From: Octopus sinensis
Lineage: Eukaryota
NCBI RefSeq assembly: GCF_006345805.1
Contig: NC_043000.1
Coordinates: 83,266,001 to 83,330,000, forward strand
Reading direction: 5' to 3'
DNA length: 64,000 bases
A program made the translations under genes and the position numbers. A model generated the notes under the pieces. That model searched no databases. It was not told where the DNA came from and saw only the letters and a list, made by a program, of their open reading frames with translations. Below, in pieces: positions 42,332 through 55,653 of the stretch (position 1 is its first letter; each line of letters begins with the position of its first letter).

Positions 42332-43201
42332 CTGCAAGAACAGAATAAGATTATTTTTTAAGATATTAAACTAGAGAAGAATAAAAATTAAAAAAACCCA
42401 AAAGGGATTAATGTTGTTGTAAGGCCACATATTTATAGGGGGTATATTGATTGATCATAAATTTCTCTAAATTCCAGATTTTAATCCCAAATCATTAAAA
42501 TTGATTTCATTTATTTCATCAATCATGGAAGGATGACAAAGTCAACTGAGGTAATACTTTGAAGTCCAAATGAAGAGAGTTGAATATTGCAAGTCAATGT
42601 TCAACTGTTTGCAATCCCATTCCTCTCCCTTTTTCTTATTTAAATTAAACAGCAAGGAGGTAGAGCTGATTTAATCAACCCCAGTATATGACTTATTGAT
42701 TCTGGAGAGATAAACTAACTATGGCACAATTTGGGTTGGGAATATAGTAATTTTTAAAGTTGGCATAAAACTAAGAATCTTGGTGAGAAGGCACTGATTT
42801 TATTGGTATTTAGTGTAAAGGAATATAGCTAAACACTGCATAACCTTTATTGCTCATCCCATCTCCTACTCCCAGCTGACCTAACATTGCATTCGCTTTG
42901 TGAATTGTTGCATAAAGTCACTTTTTAGAGGAATGAAAATGAATTGTGTATGTTCACACTTTTTGCATTAATCTCCAGGTTGTTGTCTTTGCTAATAAGT
43001 ATTACTCACTGAGGTAGTGCAGGAAGGAGAGGATTCCAGCTAATAGAAAGAGAGGAAAGCAGCACAACAAAGCAATAAAATACTTGCTGAATTTATAGTG
43101 TAACTTTTGTTTACAATGACTAACTGTGAATCCTTCTATTACTTATGCAGAGCTGGAATGATAGAATATAAATATTGACACTAGAAACTGTGTGAGGTAG
43201 G

Positions 43202-43432
43202 CGGCGAGCTGGCAGGAACGTTAGCACGCCTGGCGAAATGCTTTGCAGTATTTCGTCTGCCGCTATGTTCTGAGTTCAAATTCTGCCGAGGTCGACTTTG
43301 CCCTTCATCCTTTCGGGGCCGATAAATTAAGTACCAGTTACGGACTGGGGGTCGATGTAATCAACTTAATCCCCTTTGTCTGCCCTTGTTTGTCCCCTCT
43401 GTGTTTAGCCCCTTGTGGGCAATAAAGAAATA
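43202..43432 (+). mobile_element. tRNA-derived SINE family B, young copy with target-site duplication
   Basis: Flanks agaaactgtgtgaggtagg (43183-43201) and agaaactgtgaggtagg (43433-43449); head GAGCTGGCAG...GAGTTCAAATTC; CpGs retained. Other copies at ~22597-22820, 24092-24303, 33395-33613, 38097-38301, 50398-50510, 51090-51388, 51630-52215, 57695-57895 and 59060-59245. Confidence 0.88.
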
Positions 43433-43475
43433 AGAAACTGTGAGGTAGGTGGTTTTCTTTTAAAGATTTCATCAT

Positions 43476-43535
<60 letters not shown>

Positions 43536-44149
43536 GGATGTGTGTATTTACATATATTATTGCACACAAATGCATACATACACAGACTTTTTCACTTAGT
43601 CACAAAAGATTATACTAATCCTGCTGACAGATATAGATGTGTTAAGATCATTCATTCATCCAACCATAATATTGTTATCATCATCTTAGCATCCATTTTT
43701 TCATGCTGGTATAGGTTAGACAAAGTTTATTAAGGCAGATTTTCTATGGTTGGATGTCCTTCCTGTTGCCAGCCCTTAACTGTTTCCAAGCAAGGTAATA
43801 TCTTCCCATGGCCAGACATGTTCTCACAGAATATTAGAAATGAATGACACTACCAGATAGCAATGATACAGTGAACAGAGCCATGAGAACAGGATTGGGG
43901 AGTGAGAGGTAAGCATAGTGCATGAAAGAGATGTGAGGAAGAGATGTAGTTTGGTTTGTTGGAGTAGGGTGCTTGAAAAGTTTTATTGTTGCTTGTGGGT
44001 GAAATACAAATGCTTGTGGAACACATAGCCCTTCTAGAACTTAGTTTCACTGATGTGGGTGGATCTTCTCAAGAACCTCATATTGGCTAGACATCTTGGC
44101 CCATATATAGATGTGTGTGTGTGTGTATATATATATATACGTTTGTGTG

Positions 44150-44187
<38 letters not shown>

Positions 44188-45154
44188 AGCACTCTGTTGG
44201 CTACGACAACAAGGGTCCCAGCTGATACAATCAATGGAACAGCTTGCTCATGAAATTAACATGCAAGTGGCTGAGCACTCCACAGACATATGTATCCTTA
44301 ACGTAGTTCTCAGGGAGATTCAGCATGACACAGAGTGTGAGAAGGCTGACCCTTTGAAATACAGGTTCTACTCATTATCTTTTATCTTTTCCTTGTTTCA
44401 GTCATTAGACTGAGGCCATGTTTGGGCACTGCCATGAAGAGATTAATTGAACAAACTGACCTCAATATTTACTTTTCTCTAAGCCTGGTATTTATTCTAT
44501 CAGTCTCTTTCTGCCAAACTGTTAAGTAATGGGGATGTAAACAAAACACCAGTTGTCAAGTAGTGGTATAGCACAGATACAATGGCACATTCCGTTTACC
44601 AAATCCACTCACAAAGTTTTGGTCAGCCTGGGGCTATAGTAGAAGACAATTGCCCAAGGTTCCATGCAGTGGAACTGAACCTGGAATCATGTGATTGAGA
44701 AACAAGCTTCTCACTCAGACAGCCATGCCTACATACACACACACAGCAAGAGTATATAATATATGCCAGAATAATAATAAATATAATCTCATCTATTTTT
44801 GATGAATGAATGTTTGATTGTTTGATCAACAGAACAGCCTAGTTTCCTTACATTTGTTTTACAACAAAGTCATTGTAATATGGTGTGGCTGTGTATACCA
44901 CAGACACTTGTACCCTTAACATAATCCTCAAACAGAATCAATGTGACACAACATATGACTATACTGACCCTTTGAATAGAAAGGGAACAGGCCTCAGAAA
45001 GTGTTTCCACACCATTTATTTGCTAAATTAAACTCACAAAGCAATCAATACTATGGTAGAAGACATTTGTCCAAAGTGCTATGTAAAGGACAGTTCCTGG
45101 ATTCTCAAGATTGCATGATCAAACTAAGACCAAGCACCGCCACTTGCTTACATA

Positions 45155-45366
45155 TGATGGGGTACTGAAAAGTTCCTGGCTTTGGGTAAAAGAAAATACA
45201 GGAGAATCAGCTATGATTTTATCCAACATATTCCCCTCTCAGATTCACACACTTATTGCAGTGGTCCTTCAGTTTTCCTAAGCCCTGTAAAAGAACTTCA
45301 AAGGTTGGGCCTCCAACCAGTCCTTTCATGATACCCTTAAAGCCAGGAACTTTTCAGCACCCCTCA
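45155..45366. mobile_element. Mariner-type MITE
   Basis: TA|TGATGGGGTACTGAAAAGTTCCTGGCTTT ... AAAGCCAGGAACTTTTCAGCACCCCTCA|TA, lying ~55 bp from a MYLIP donor site. Confidence 0.85.
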
Positions 45367-45420
45367 TATGTACAAAAACATATAAGAATATAACACTTTA
45401 CAAATAAAAAAAGTAGTTAC

Positions 45421-45611
45421 CTGGTTGTGTTTTGCAACAAGGAATGGGGAGGTACAAAAAATTTGACCTTTAGAAGAAGCCGGTATGGTGGCTGTCTGTT
45501 GAGTTGTTGGTTTAAGCGGTTGCGCATATTCAACCATAGCTGTTCTCCTTTATTTCCTTCATACTGAAGACCAAAATAATCAACCTCTAAAATACCAAGT
45601 TGCTGGCAAAC
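45421..45611 (-). CDS. MYLIP: MYLIP/IDOL coding exon (FERM F1 lobe), most 5' exon found in the window
   Basis: Acceptor ttgcag|45611, donor AG|gtaac; 191 nt, phase 0 to 2. Reads [33 protein letters not shown]...[22 protein letters not shown]. The five exons total 1230 nt, in frame. Confidence 0.94.
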
Positions 45612-47099
45612 CTGCAAACAAGAACAGTGATAGACATATAAGAATAACAGTGTTTAGAGATAATACAAAAGTAATCATTAGAGATGAAAAAGAGAAGAAA
45701 AGTAACCAAACATAGGAGAAATATTGAAAAATTTTGAGAGACACTGTAACTTAACTGAGTGATCATGAGTGTAAATAATGAAATCTGAAGAATATAAGCA
45801 CCATTTCACATTTGAATTTTTATACTGGTATGAGCTAGACAGGTCTGTTGCAGTCCTTTACCATCTGACACACACAAAAACAACACTAAAAATCTCTGAT
45901 TTTTGAAGTTGGGTTCCTTTCATATCACCAATTGCTTTACAAATTGTATCTTATCAAGACCAATATTTTAGAACAGTGGTTCTCAACTATTTTTAGCCTA
46001 TGGACTCCTTTAATTCCTACTTTACTGGGCCTTGTGTGGAGATTCCGGATGTGTGTATCTAGTGGTCAGGGTGTTGGGCTCATGATCGTAAGATTGTGGT
46101 TTCAATTCCTGGACTGAGCAAGGGGTTGTATTCTTGAGCAAAACACTTCATCTCATGCTGCTCTAGTCCACTCAGCTGGCAAAAATGAGTAATCCTGTGA
46201 TGGGGAGTCCTGTCCAGATGGGGAATATATATGCCATGAAACCAGGAAACTGGCCCTCATGAGTCAGTATGACTCGAGAATGTAACTTTACTACTGGACC
46301 TCGATAGCCATTTGATGCATATAAAAAAAAGTCCTGCAGTATTTTTATAATTGAATATTATTAGGAACTGCATAAAAAAAATATTTTGTGTATTGAAGAA
46401 GTATAAGCAATTTATAGCACATAAATTTTAACAGCAAAATCTTGGAACAGAAGGAACAGGCATTGGTAAATTTTTCATGTAATATTTGTCTAAGTGATCC
46501 TGTAATTCACCAATGATTTCGGCCATTGGCAAAATGTGTGTTGTGAGGTGTGTTGAAGGGCTGGTAACAGTGGCAGAAAAATGCCAAAGGAATATTAAAA
46601 TATTTGAATCTCAGCATATTACTGGTGCTTACATTAAAGTAAAAGGCAAAGTTCATCAAGGTGAGTTTGAACTCAAAATATAAAAACAACAAAACAATGT
46701 CCTAGCTATTATCTTCAAAATTAACTGAACTAGATTTTGAACTTTTTCACATGTATTTATCTTAACAGCTGTTCAAATATAAAGTGAATTACTTTGATCT
46801 ACATAAAACTATTCACACTAAATATTATCATTACTGAAAAACCTGATCTATCAATATAACATGACCCACCCCACCCATCTTTGTCTTCACACTCACTATA
46901 GCTACCCACATGTACTTCTGGCCTCCATTTCTGCCACTATTCATTTCCAGTCCTCTCTCTTTTCACTCTCATACTCTATGCACCATCTATTTACAGATTT
47001 ATGACACTGCTGCTCTCCTGTGCTGCTACTTGTCACCCACTCCTTCCTGAGCCACTTCTATTTCTTTCTCCTCCCTGCTCCATACCTGATATATATATA

Positions 47100-48326
47100 T
47101 CAGGTTATCCCATAAGTTCTCTCCGAATTTTGAATAAAGAAAACAAGTGATCAAATGTTATATTTAATTGAAATTTAATCATCAATATACTTTCCCTGGT
47201 TATCTATGACTTCCTTCCATCTATTTACAAGCTTTTTAATCCCATCAATGTAAAACTCTTTTGGTTTCAAAGCGAAGAACTCTGAAATGTCACTTTCGAC
47301 CTCCTCCTGGCTTGCGAAAGTTATGTTCCCCAAACGATTCTGTAAACTATGAAACAAATGGTAGTCTGAAGGAGCAAGATTGGGAGAATAAGATGGATGA
47401 GGAATTTTTTCCCAACCAAGCTCTTCGAGCTTCTGTGATGTGATCTTTGCAGTGTGGGGGTCGTGCATTGTCCCGATGAAACATCACTCCTTTTCAATTC
47501 ACTAAAGCGGGTCTTTTTTCTTCGAAGCTTGGTTCAAATGCTCTAATTGCTGACAGTAGACTCAAGCATTGATTGTTGCATTAGGTGGTAACAATTCAAA
47601 GTGAATCACTCCTTTGCAATCCCACCAGATAAAGAGAAGAACCTTTTTTCCATGAAGTTCCTTTCTCAGTTGTGGTTGAGCTTTTTCCCTTTTACCAAGC
47701 CACTGTTTACAACGTTTAACATTTCGATAGAAGATCCATTTTTCGTCACCAGTCACAAGTCTATCCAAAAAGGGTGAAATGAGTTCGCAAGAATGGAGAG
47801 AAGAGCAGATCTCAACTCGGGATTTGCAGTTGTTTTCAGACAATTCATGAGGCACCCATTTTCCAAGTTCAGGAACTTTTCCAGGTTGTTGAAGATGACA
47901 ATGGACAGTTGTATGGTTTGAACTAAGCTTTATTGCCAATTCTTCAACTGATAATGCAGGATTTTCTTCAAGTAATGCCTCAAGGAGCTTATCATCAAAC
48001 TCAACTGGATGTCCTGTTTGATCTACATCTTCAAGGCTGAAATCTCCACTTTTGAATTTTGCAAACCATCTTCTGCAAGGTCTTTCATTCAAGCATTCTT
48101 TCCCATAAATTGTGAGTGTATGTTTTGAGTCACTTCGGCTGCAGAATCTCCCTTTTTGTACTTCTAAATTTTAATTCTATTATTCTGTAAAATAATATTT
48201 TATTAGCTTAAATGCACACAAATGCATAAAAATAATTTTTAATTCCATTAAACATTCTAAAATACTATTAAATTTCATTCAATTTTAAAAAAGGTAAAAT
48301 CAGACAGAACTTATAAGATGACCTGA
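47100..48326 (-). mobile_element. Mariner (DD34D) transposon, the best-preserved copy but still frameshifted
   Basis: TIRs TA|TCAGGTTATCCCATAAGTTCT ... AGAACTTATAAGATGACCTGA|TA. ORFs 47562..48092 and 47175..47468 carry WVPHEL, LVTGDEKW and HPSYSPNLAPSDYHLF; FHRDNARP lies at their frameshifted junction. Confidence 0.95.
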
Positions 48327-48374
48327 TATATATATATATATATCAGGTCATCTTATAAGTTCTGTCTGATTTTA

Positions 48375-48383
<9 letters not shown>
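48286..48383. repeat. Perfect 98-bp palindrome: mariner TIR + (TA)8 + inverted copy of the same TIR
   Basis: 48286-48326 is the exact reverse complement of 48343-48383, and the spacer is (TA)8. Confidence 0.95.
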
Positions 48384-48438
<55 letters not shown>

Positions 48439-48439
<1 letters not shown>

Positions 48440-48697
48440 CAATTGCAGTGTGGATGGTGTTTATAACCCATCTAAGAAACACACAAAAACCGTTAGATTC
48501 ACTTCAACATTCAAATTTAATTTGTCAAATTTCAGACCGTGACCTTCAAGATGCAGCACAAAGTCTAGTCAGTGAACAGGCTGCGGTCTCAAAGCGACAA
48601 AAATATTTTGACAAATTGAATTTAAATGTTGAAGTGAATCTAATAGTTTTTGTGTGTTTCTTAAATGGCTTATAAACACCTTCCACGTGGCAATTGT
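48439..48697. repeat. Fold-back element (~90-bp arms) between (TA)n tracts
   Basis: acaattgcagtgtggatggtgtttataacccatctaagaaacacacaaaaacc... pairs with ...gtttttgtgtgtttcttaaatggcttataaacaccttccacgtggcaattgt. Confidence 0.85.
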
Positions 48698-48753
48698 TTT
48701 CGTTCCAGCACACGATCTCAGATCAAGTCACTCGCTATGCAAGTACATCTCTG

Positions 48754-48791
<38 letters not shown>

Positions 48792-48992
48792 GAAATATAT
48801 ATATATATAGAAATATATATATATATAGAAATATATATATATATATAGAATATATATATATATATAGAAATATATATATAGGCATACTGTCACAGATATG
48901 ACAAAAGAAACAATGTAAATATTTTGAGTTCCGTTATTGATGTGAATATGTTAAGGAAATGATTATATCCTTTATGTTTGAAATCTATGTGA

Positions 48993-49075
48993 TCATCTGA
49001 TAGGAATGGTCTCTTTCAAATGATGTAATGTTTTCATTAAGCAATTAAATGAGTTGCCTGAAACAGCTGTAATGA
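48993..49075 (+). ncRNA. Degenerate type I hammerhead-like motif
   Basis: tcat-CTGATAG-...-GAAAC-agct-GTA-atga. Stem I and the palindromic stem III loop are perfect, but the first box is mutated (CTGATAG instead of CTGANGA). Confidence 0.5.
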
Positions 49076-49224
49076 ATTGACACCTGTACATCTTTGTTAA
49101 TTTATATTTTATTTACATAACTTGAAATCTGGATTTCAGAAATGAATATTGTTTGGGTGTGCGAATTATACAGATCTAGCAAGGTGCCTCAATTTAAGTA
49201 CCTAATTCAATGGAGTCTTAATTT

Positions 49225-49306
<82 letters not shown>

Positions 49307-52300
49307 ATATATATATATATATACATATATATACATACACACACACACATATATATATATACATACATTGCACACACACACATATATACACATACATGCA
49401 CATATACATCTACACACATACATACATACACGCACACACCTATATATACACACAGACACATATATATTAATCGTTCACCATTCTTTTCATTCATTTAAAA
49501 TCTATTATGAGCATGCTAACGTTCTTGAGTTAAAATAACTTCATAACCTGTAATATGTTACTTTCTCTAATAACTTCTAGAATCGTACCCCTTTAAACAC
49601 TCAACATAATTCTCATGTGTTTCTATCGTTGTTTGCTTCACTATTGTCCTTTGTTGCTATTTCGATTTTCTTGTGGCAAAGTTAGCCATTTCTTGTTCAT
49701 GATGTGATACCCTTTCCCACTCACCCACCACCAATACCAGAAATCCCTTTTCATGTACCAGTAATCTCTTCCCTTATACCGAAAACTCCCACAGAGCTCT
49801 GTCTCACTTCTGCGCGAGAAGACCTATATACTGCCATCCCTCCTCCTCCCTCTCACCCCTCCCTTTATCTATCTGTGTAAATATATATATAATGGACTAA
49901 CCCAATCAAATAGCAGCCCATTTACTTACTTATTTAATTTAACATTGGCATAGATATATCTATATTTGCAACTGCAGCAATGCATATATTTACAATGCTT
50001 GGGAGTGGTCAAATAAGCATACACACATATATACATATACACATATATATACACACACACACACATATATATACATGAACACACACATACATACATATTT
50101 ACATACACACACATATACATACACACACACATACATACACACACACATACATATATACATACACACACATAATACCAGCTTACACTCTACTTCATATAAA
50201 CCTCAGTGTCATGTGATTTTTCCTATCTCGTATACACAAGTATTTGGTTCCCATTCATATGCAAGATTAATCCTTGTTACCACTTTTTAACACTCATTAC
50301 ACTACTGAATAAATTTCAATGCTTTTGTTTTACAAACATGCCTCTGAATATTCTTTATTCATGCCTCTTTAAGAAATTATTATTATTAAGCCCCATGAAT
50401 TGGCAGAATCATTAGTCCATTGTTTGAAATGCTTAGCATTATTTTGCCCATTGCTCCGACCTGAGTTCAAATTCCGCTGAGGTTGACATTGCCTTTCGTC
50501 CTTCCGGGGTCAATTGCGCCACATTACAGAGGATCCATCTACACCTATTTTAGTTTGCATGTTAAGTGATGAAATTATACTTGTGGTACCCACATGAAGA
50601 TATGTGACATGTACAATTGCTAACTTAGTGTCTTACAGTGTCGATGGTATAACTACAAATCCATCACTAGTTGTCCATCTCACTGAATCAGTGAGCATTC
50701 ATAAAAAACAGACTCATTTGCAAATATATCAGTAACAGCATGTACAAAGATACTTATATTCAATTACTAGAATCATCATTATCATCATCATCATCATAAT
50801 AATAATGATGATGTACGAGTGTTCTGCACAAATGATTTGTTTATGGTGATCAAATGTTCATGCTGTACATAACCTCACTCTCTCCATCAAATCAATGTTG
50901 CTTGAACAGGTGCTCTGTGTACAATGTGTCAGGTGTCGATATGATTGTAGAGTAACACGGGATGAAATGTTTTGCTCAAGAACACAATACACCACCCGGT
51001 CTAGGAATTGAAACCACAATCTGGTGATCATGAGTACAACACCCTAACTACTAGGCCATGCACCATAATAATAATAATAATAATAATAATAATGGTTTCA
51101 AATTTTACCACAAGGGCAGCAATTTTGGAGGAGGGGATGAGTCAATTACAATGGCCACAGTGTTTCACTGGTACTTAATTTATCAACCCCAAAGGATGAA
51201 AGGCAATGTCAACCTTGGCAGAATTTGAACGCAGATTGGAGAGATGGGCAAAATGAATCATCATTATCATCATCATCATAATAATAATAATGATGATATA
51301 CGAGTGTTCAGCTTTCGCCAAACAATCTGTACAAATGCCACTAAGCATTTCATCCAATGTGCTAACGATTCTGCCAGCTCACCACCTTAATAATAATAAT
51401 TTCCTATATAGGCATAAGGGCACACATTTTGGGGTGGGGGAATGATTAATCAGCATTGCTTATATTATTGACTCCAGTATTCCAGTATTTGACCACTACT
51501 TATTTTACTGACCCAAGAAAGGATGAGAAAGTTGGCCAGAGCTGAATGTGAACTGAATGTAAAGGGATGCAACTAGTTATAACAAGGTATTATGCTTTGC
51601 TGATTCTGCTTCACACACCCCTCCCAATACTGATTTTTATACATAAATGCATAGCCTAAAATTTAGGGTGTGAAAACAGTCAACCCCAGTATTTGGCTGG
51701 TACCTTATTTTATCAAGCTCAAGGAGGATGAAATGTAAAGTTGACCATGGTAAAATTGGAACTCAGAATGTAAAGAGCCAGAACAAATATTAGAAGGTAT
51801 TTTGTTTTTTTTTCTTGTAATTCTGTTAGTGCATCACTTAATGATAAAATTATGTTGGTTTTGCCTTTCATCTTTTCTGAATCAATAAAATAAGTACCAG
51901 TTGAGCACTGGGGTTGATGTAATTGACTTACCCCGTCCCTCGAACCTGCTGGCCTGGTGCCAAAATTCAAAACCATTATTATTATTATTATTATTAAGAC
52001 AGTGAGCTGACAGAATCACTAGCACAACAGACAAAATGCTAAGTGGCATTTCTCCCAGCTTTATGTTCTGTGTTCCAATTCTACTGGGGTCAACTCTGCC
52101 TGTCATCTTTTCAGGGCTGATAAAATAAGTACCAGATAAGTACTGGGGTCAATGCAACTGATTATCTCCTGCCCCAAAATTTCAGGCCTTGTGCCTATGG
52201 TAGAAAGGATTATTATTACTAGCAAACCTAGCCATCTATGATGGAGGCATAGAATGAAGGCGGGAAGTCATAGCAGCAGTATGTATTGAGAAATGTGTCA

Positions 52301-52658
52301 ATGGACTTGATACATTACTGAGTGATGTCTTAGAGAAATCACATTATTGTTGATGATACAACATTGTATTGCAGCTACATGACAAGTGACAACTAAGTGA
52401 CATGTAATGACAATTCACTCCCAAACTGAATTAGGTTCCCAAATTCTGTATCATGAATGGTTATGTAGACCACTCCTAATGAAAGCCAGAGCTTCCTTTG
52501 ACCACTACATAAAGAGTTTTAAGAAAAAAATGTTATTTAGGTATACTTTCATTTTAGCTGTTTACATTGTTTTATACTTGTTTATACTCTTATACATTCA
52601 AAGTTTACAAATTTCCTTATCTAAATTATGAATCATATTCCTTTCAATAAAATTAGTA

Positions 52659-52801
52659 TTAATACAAAACTTCTTTGTAGATGATATTTTCTGTTTGGTC
52701 GATGAATCCATTGCTCTACTCATAGCAATGTACAACTGGCCATGTATAAACATCGGAATGGGTTAAAATACACCTACATGATCTAAAGTCTGGCCCTGTG
52801 C
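52659..52801 (-). mobile_element. Helitron RepHel (PIF1-like helicase) C-terminal remnant
   Basis: The minus strand reads AQGQTLDHVGVF*..., HGQLYIAMSR and QTENIIYKEVLY* across frameshifts, matching helicase motifs V/VI and the NIVYKEVL-type C-terminus of Helitrons. Confidence 0.75.
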
Positions 52802-53001
52802 TGTAAATGCGCAAGTGGAATCATTAGGGATCTGCCCATCTATGATTGGAAATAAAGGGATAGTATCTAAACCCTCTAGATTCATGAACTATATGAGGGT
52901 TGGGGCGGGGATGTGATCCAGAGTTAATCAGTGTCACCAGAATTTTAACAAAAAAAAAAAAAAAAAAAAAAAAATCAAAGGTGATTTATTAATACAAAAT
53001 T

Positions 53002-53406
53002 CAATATCCACTAGATTACCACACTTTTTCACATTTTTTCTGCTAAAAACCTTCCTAATTACCTCCTTTGTAATCCTGTAAAACATTGTGACCATTGGTC
53101 CAGCCATTTGATCATGAAAAGTGAACAGACAGATGGATATAATGCCCATTATAGTAAGAAGATGACTTATTTCCCTTTGCTGTTTTTATTACTTATCTTC
53201 TCTTTAATTTTTATTTACTTTTTACGCTCGTAAACCGAACAATTACCCTCAATATCCACTAAATAATCATACTTTTTCTCATTTTCTTTTGCTAAAAACC
53301 TTTCTGATTACTTCCTTTGTAATAAAAAAAAACACCATGACCATTAGTCCAGCCGTTTGACCATGAAGAGAGAACAGACAGATGGACATAACACCCATTA
53401 TAGTAA
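53002..53406 (-). repeat. Tandemly duplicated ~157-bp unit resembling a Helitron 5' terminus
   Basis: 53002-53158 and 53250-53406 are homologous. The minus strand reads ATCTTCTTACTATAATGGGC at 53163. Confidence 0.65.
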
Positions 53407-55522
53407 AATTATATATAAAAGAAGATAAATAATAATAAGAATGATTAGAACAGTGACTAATACAGTTTTAACTTCAATTAAAACCACCATGAACAACCAT
53501 GATAAAAAGGAACAGTAAATTTTTTTTTTTAATATAAAACAAAAAGTTAACAGTAAACTTTACAAAATATCCTTTAAGAGTAAAATGAATGACTTTAAAT
53601 ACAAATGAAAATAAAGTTTATAAAATAAAAGCAATGAACTTGAATTTTCAGTTTCAGTTTTCAAAGAATCTCATGAAAGGAATGTTTTGGAAATTTTTTT
53701 TCTTTTTTACTATCTTTAATTATTTTAGTGGATAAGAGAAAGATGAAAAATATTCTATTTCTCTTATTTTTAAAAAATAAATTTTACCTCTTTTTTTTTT
53801 TTTGTTTAAACTATCACTACAAAACTATTTCCTCAAGCAAAATGAAATGAGAAATAGAAATAGAGAGAAAGGAGAAGAGAGGAAGAAAGAGAGAGAGAAA
53901 GTGGAAAGGAGTTGGTGAGAGGTCTACTGGAAACACTCAAGGATAACAAGAATAGGGATCTATAGTGAAATGAATTCTATTTGAATCAGGATATGACAGA
54001 ACTACATCCTGAAATTGAGCATTATGAAAAATGTGTAGAAGCATCATAAGATAATGTGAGAGTGGGATGCAGGTAAGGAAAAAGATAAAAATTCAATGAA
54101 AAATGTAACAGAAAAATGAAAAGTTAGAAGGGTGGCAGAAAATGATGAGCAGCAGGCAATATTCATCAAACAACAGCACAAGACAATGCCTGCTGAGATA
54201 TTGATGAAATTGGCAGAGAGACACCTCTCTGCAGACATGTATACACAGCATGTCACAAATATGGCAGATTTTATAGAATGACTAAGAGCTAAATATTACA
54301 AGAATGCATCAGTTCCATTTATCATATTTTTGTTTGGTTTCACAGATACTCAGGAAGGAAACACATAGAATAATGAAGGGGGTAGGTAACTATTCTTGCT
54401 TTTCCTGATCTATATGAAAATAAAATGTTTCGACCTATATATTCAAAGATGTAAGCCTTTGTACTTGATTAACTTTCAAAGACATCTGACCTCTAGATGC
54501 CTCAAAACAATAATTTTGCTTCTTATTATATCAACATGCTACAAAAAGTTGTTACCAATTCTACATAGAAAACAAAGAGTATGTACATGCAACAAACATA
54601 CACACGTATGTACATATGTACGTATGCATGCATGCATATGAAAAGATGTTTACTCTGTTTATTTTCGCATTAATTCATTATCATTTCTGTTACAAAAATC
54701 TTATGGCTACATGTTAGGGTCTGCAACTGCTAGAGATAATCCAGGACGTAATAACATTTTCAGCTGACACAGGAATAGAACTTGGCCAATAAAAAGTGTT
54801 GATATTCGAATGTTGAACATGGAAAGTCAGTCTCCCAAATCCAAACCTGTGTATCAATGGTCTCTCAATCTCTTGGAACCAAAAATGCTGCAAATACCTA
54901 GGCATTGATGAAAATATACAAAAGTTGCTGTGAATAAAAATATTAGATAATGGGACCTGCAGGTTCAAGATATAACCTATACATTGAGTCCAGAGAGGGG
55001 TTTTTAAAACTGACTTATAGAAAATACAAGTTCCAAATGTTCAGAAAAACAGATATCCTATCTGATACCATAGCATAACTATCTATGGGCTTACATATTG
55101 TCAAGGAAGTTTCCAAATCTTTATAACTGAAATGCTAAAATAGTACCTACTTATTTGAATATTTCAGCTGTTTGTTCTTTTTGCAAAAATTTAATACCAT
55201 TCTATTTGGTTTCTTGTAGAAGTAGGAGTAAGATGCTAAAAGAGATAGAAAATAGTGTGCATGTGTGTGCACACATGCATGAGGGAAACTTGTGTATATA
55301 TAATCTACAATAGATTTGCAACTGCCAAGAAATGGAGATTAATTGATAATACTAACCAATCCTACAAATCTTTGAAGGGGAAATATAAAGATTAAATCTT
55401 TTTAACCCTTTAGCATTTAAACGAGCCATATTTAGCCAAAATATTCTACTGGTTTTATGTTCAAACCAGCCAAATCTGGCCTCTCACACCTACCCTACAA
55501 TTTCAAACTAAAAATAAACAAT

Positions 55523-55653
55523 ACCTTAGGAATGAGAACCCAGGTTTGAAATTTTCCCCAAGACACCTGAAGAAGGCTGGAGGGTATATAAGCCGAAACG
55601 TTGTGTTAACAACAAACAAGATGAGGACAAATATCCATTGAATGTAAATAGTG
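55523..55653 (+). mobile_element. 131-bp retrotransposed insert with a 14-bp TSD, containing a hammerhead motif
   Basis: taaaaataaacaat occurs at 55509-55522 and 55654-55667; the homologous site is single-copy in the 35671 MITE. Confidence 0.8.
55562..55607 (+). ncRNA. Minimal type I hammerhead ribozyme with palindromic stem III
   Basis: gacac-CTGAAGA-a-ggct-[12 nt]-agcc-GAAAC-GTT-gtgtt. The core fits CUGANGA/GAAA/NUH; the AACGTT palindrome replaces a looped stem III. Confidence 0.75.

Noticed and set aside
45975-46450. hAT-like MITE starting CAGTGGTTCTCAAC, interrupted by a SINE
   Set aside because: No convincing right TIR or 8-bp TSD was found.
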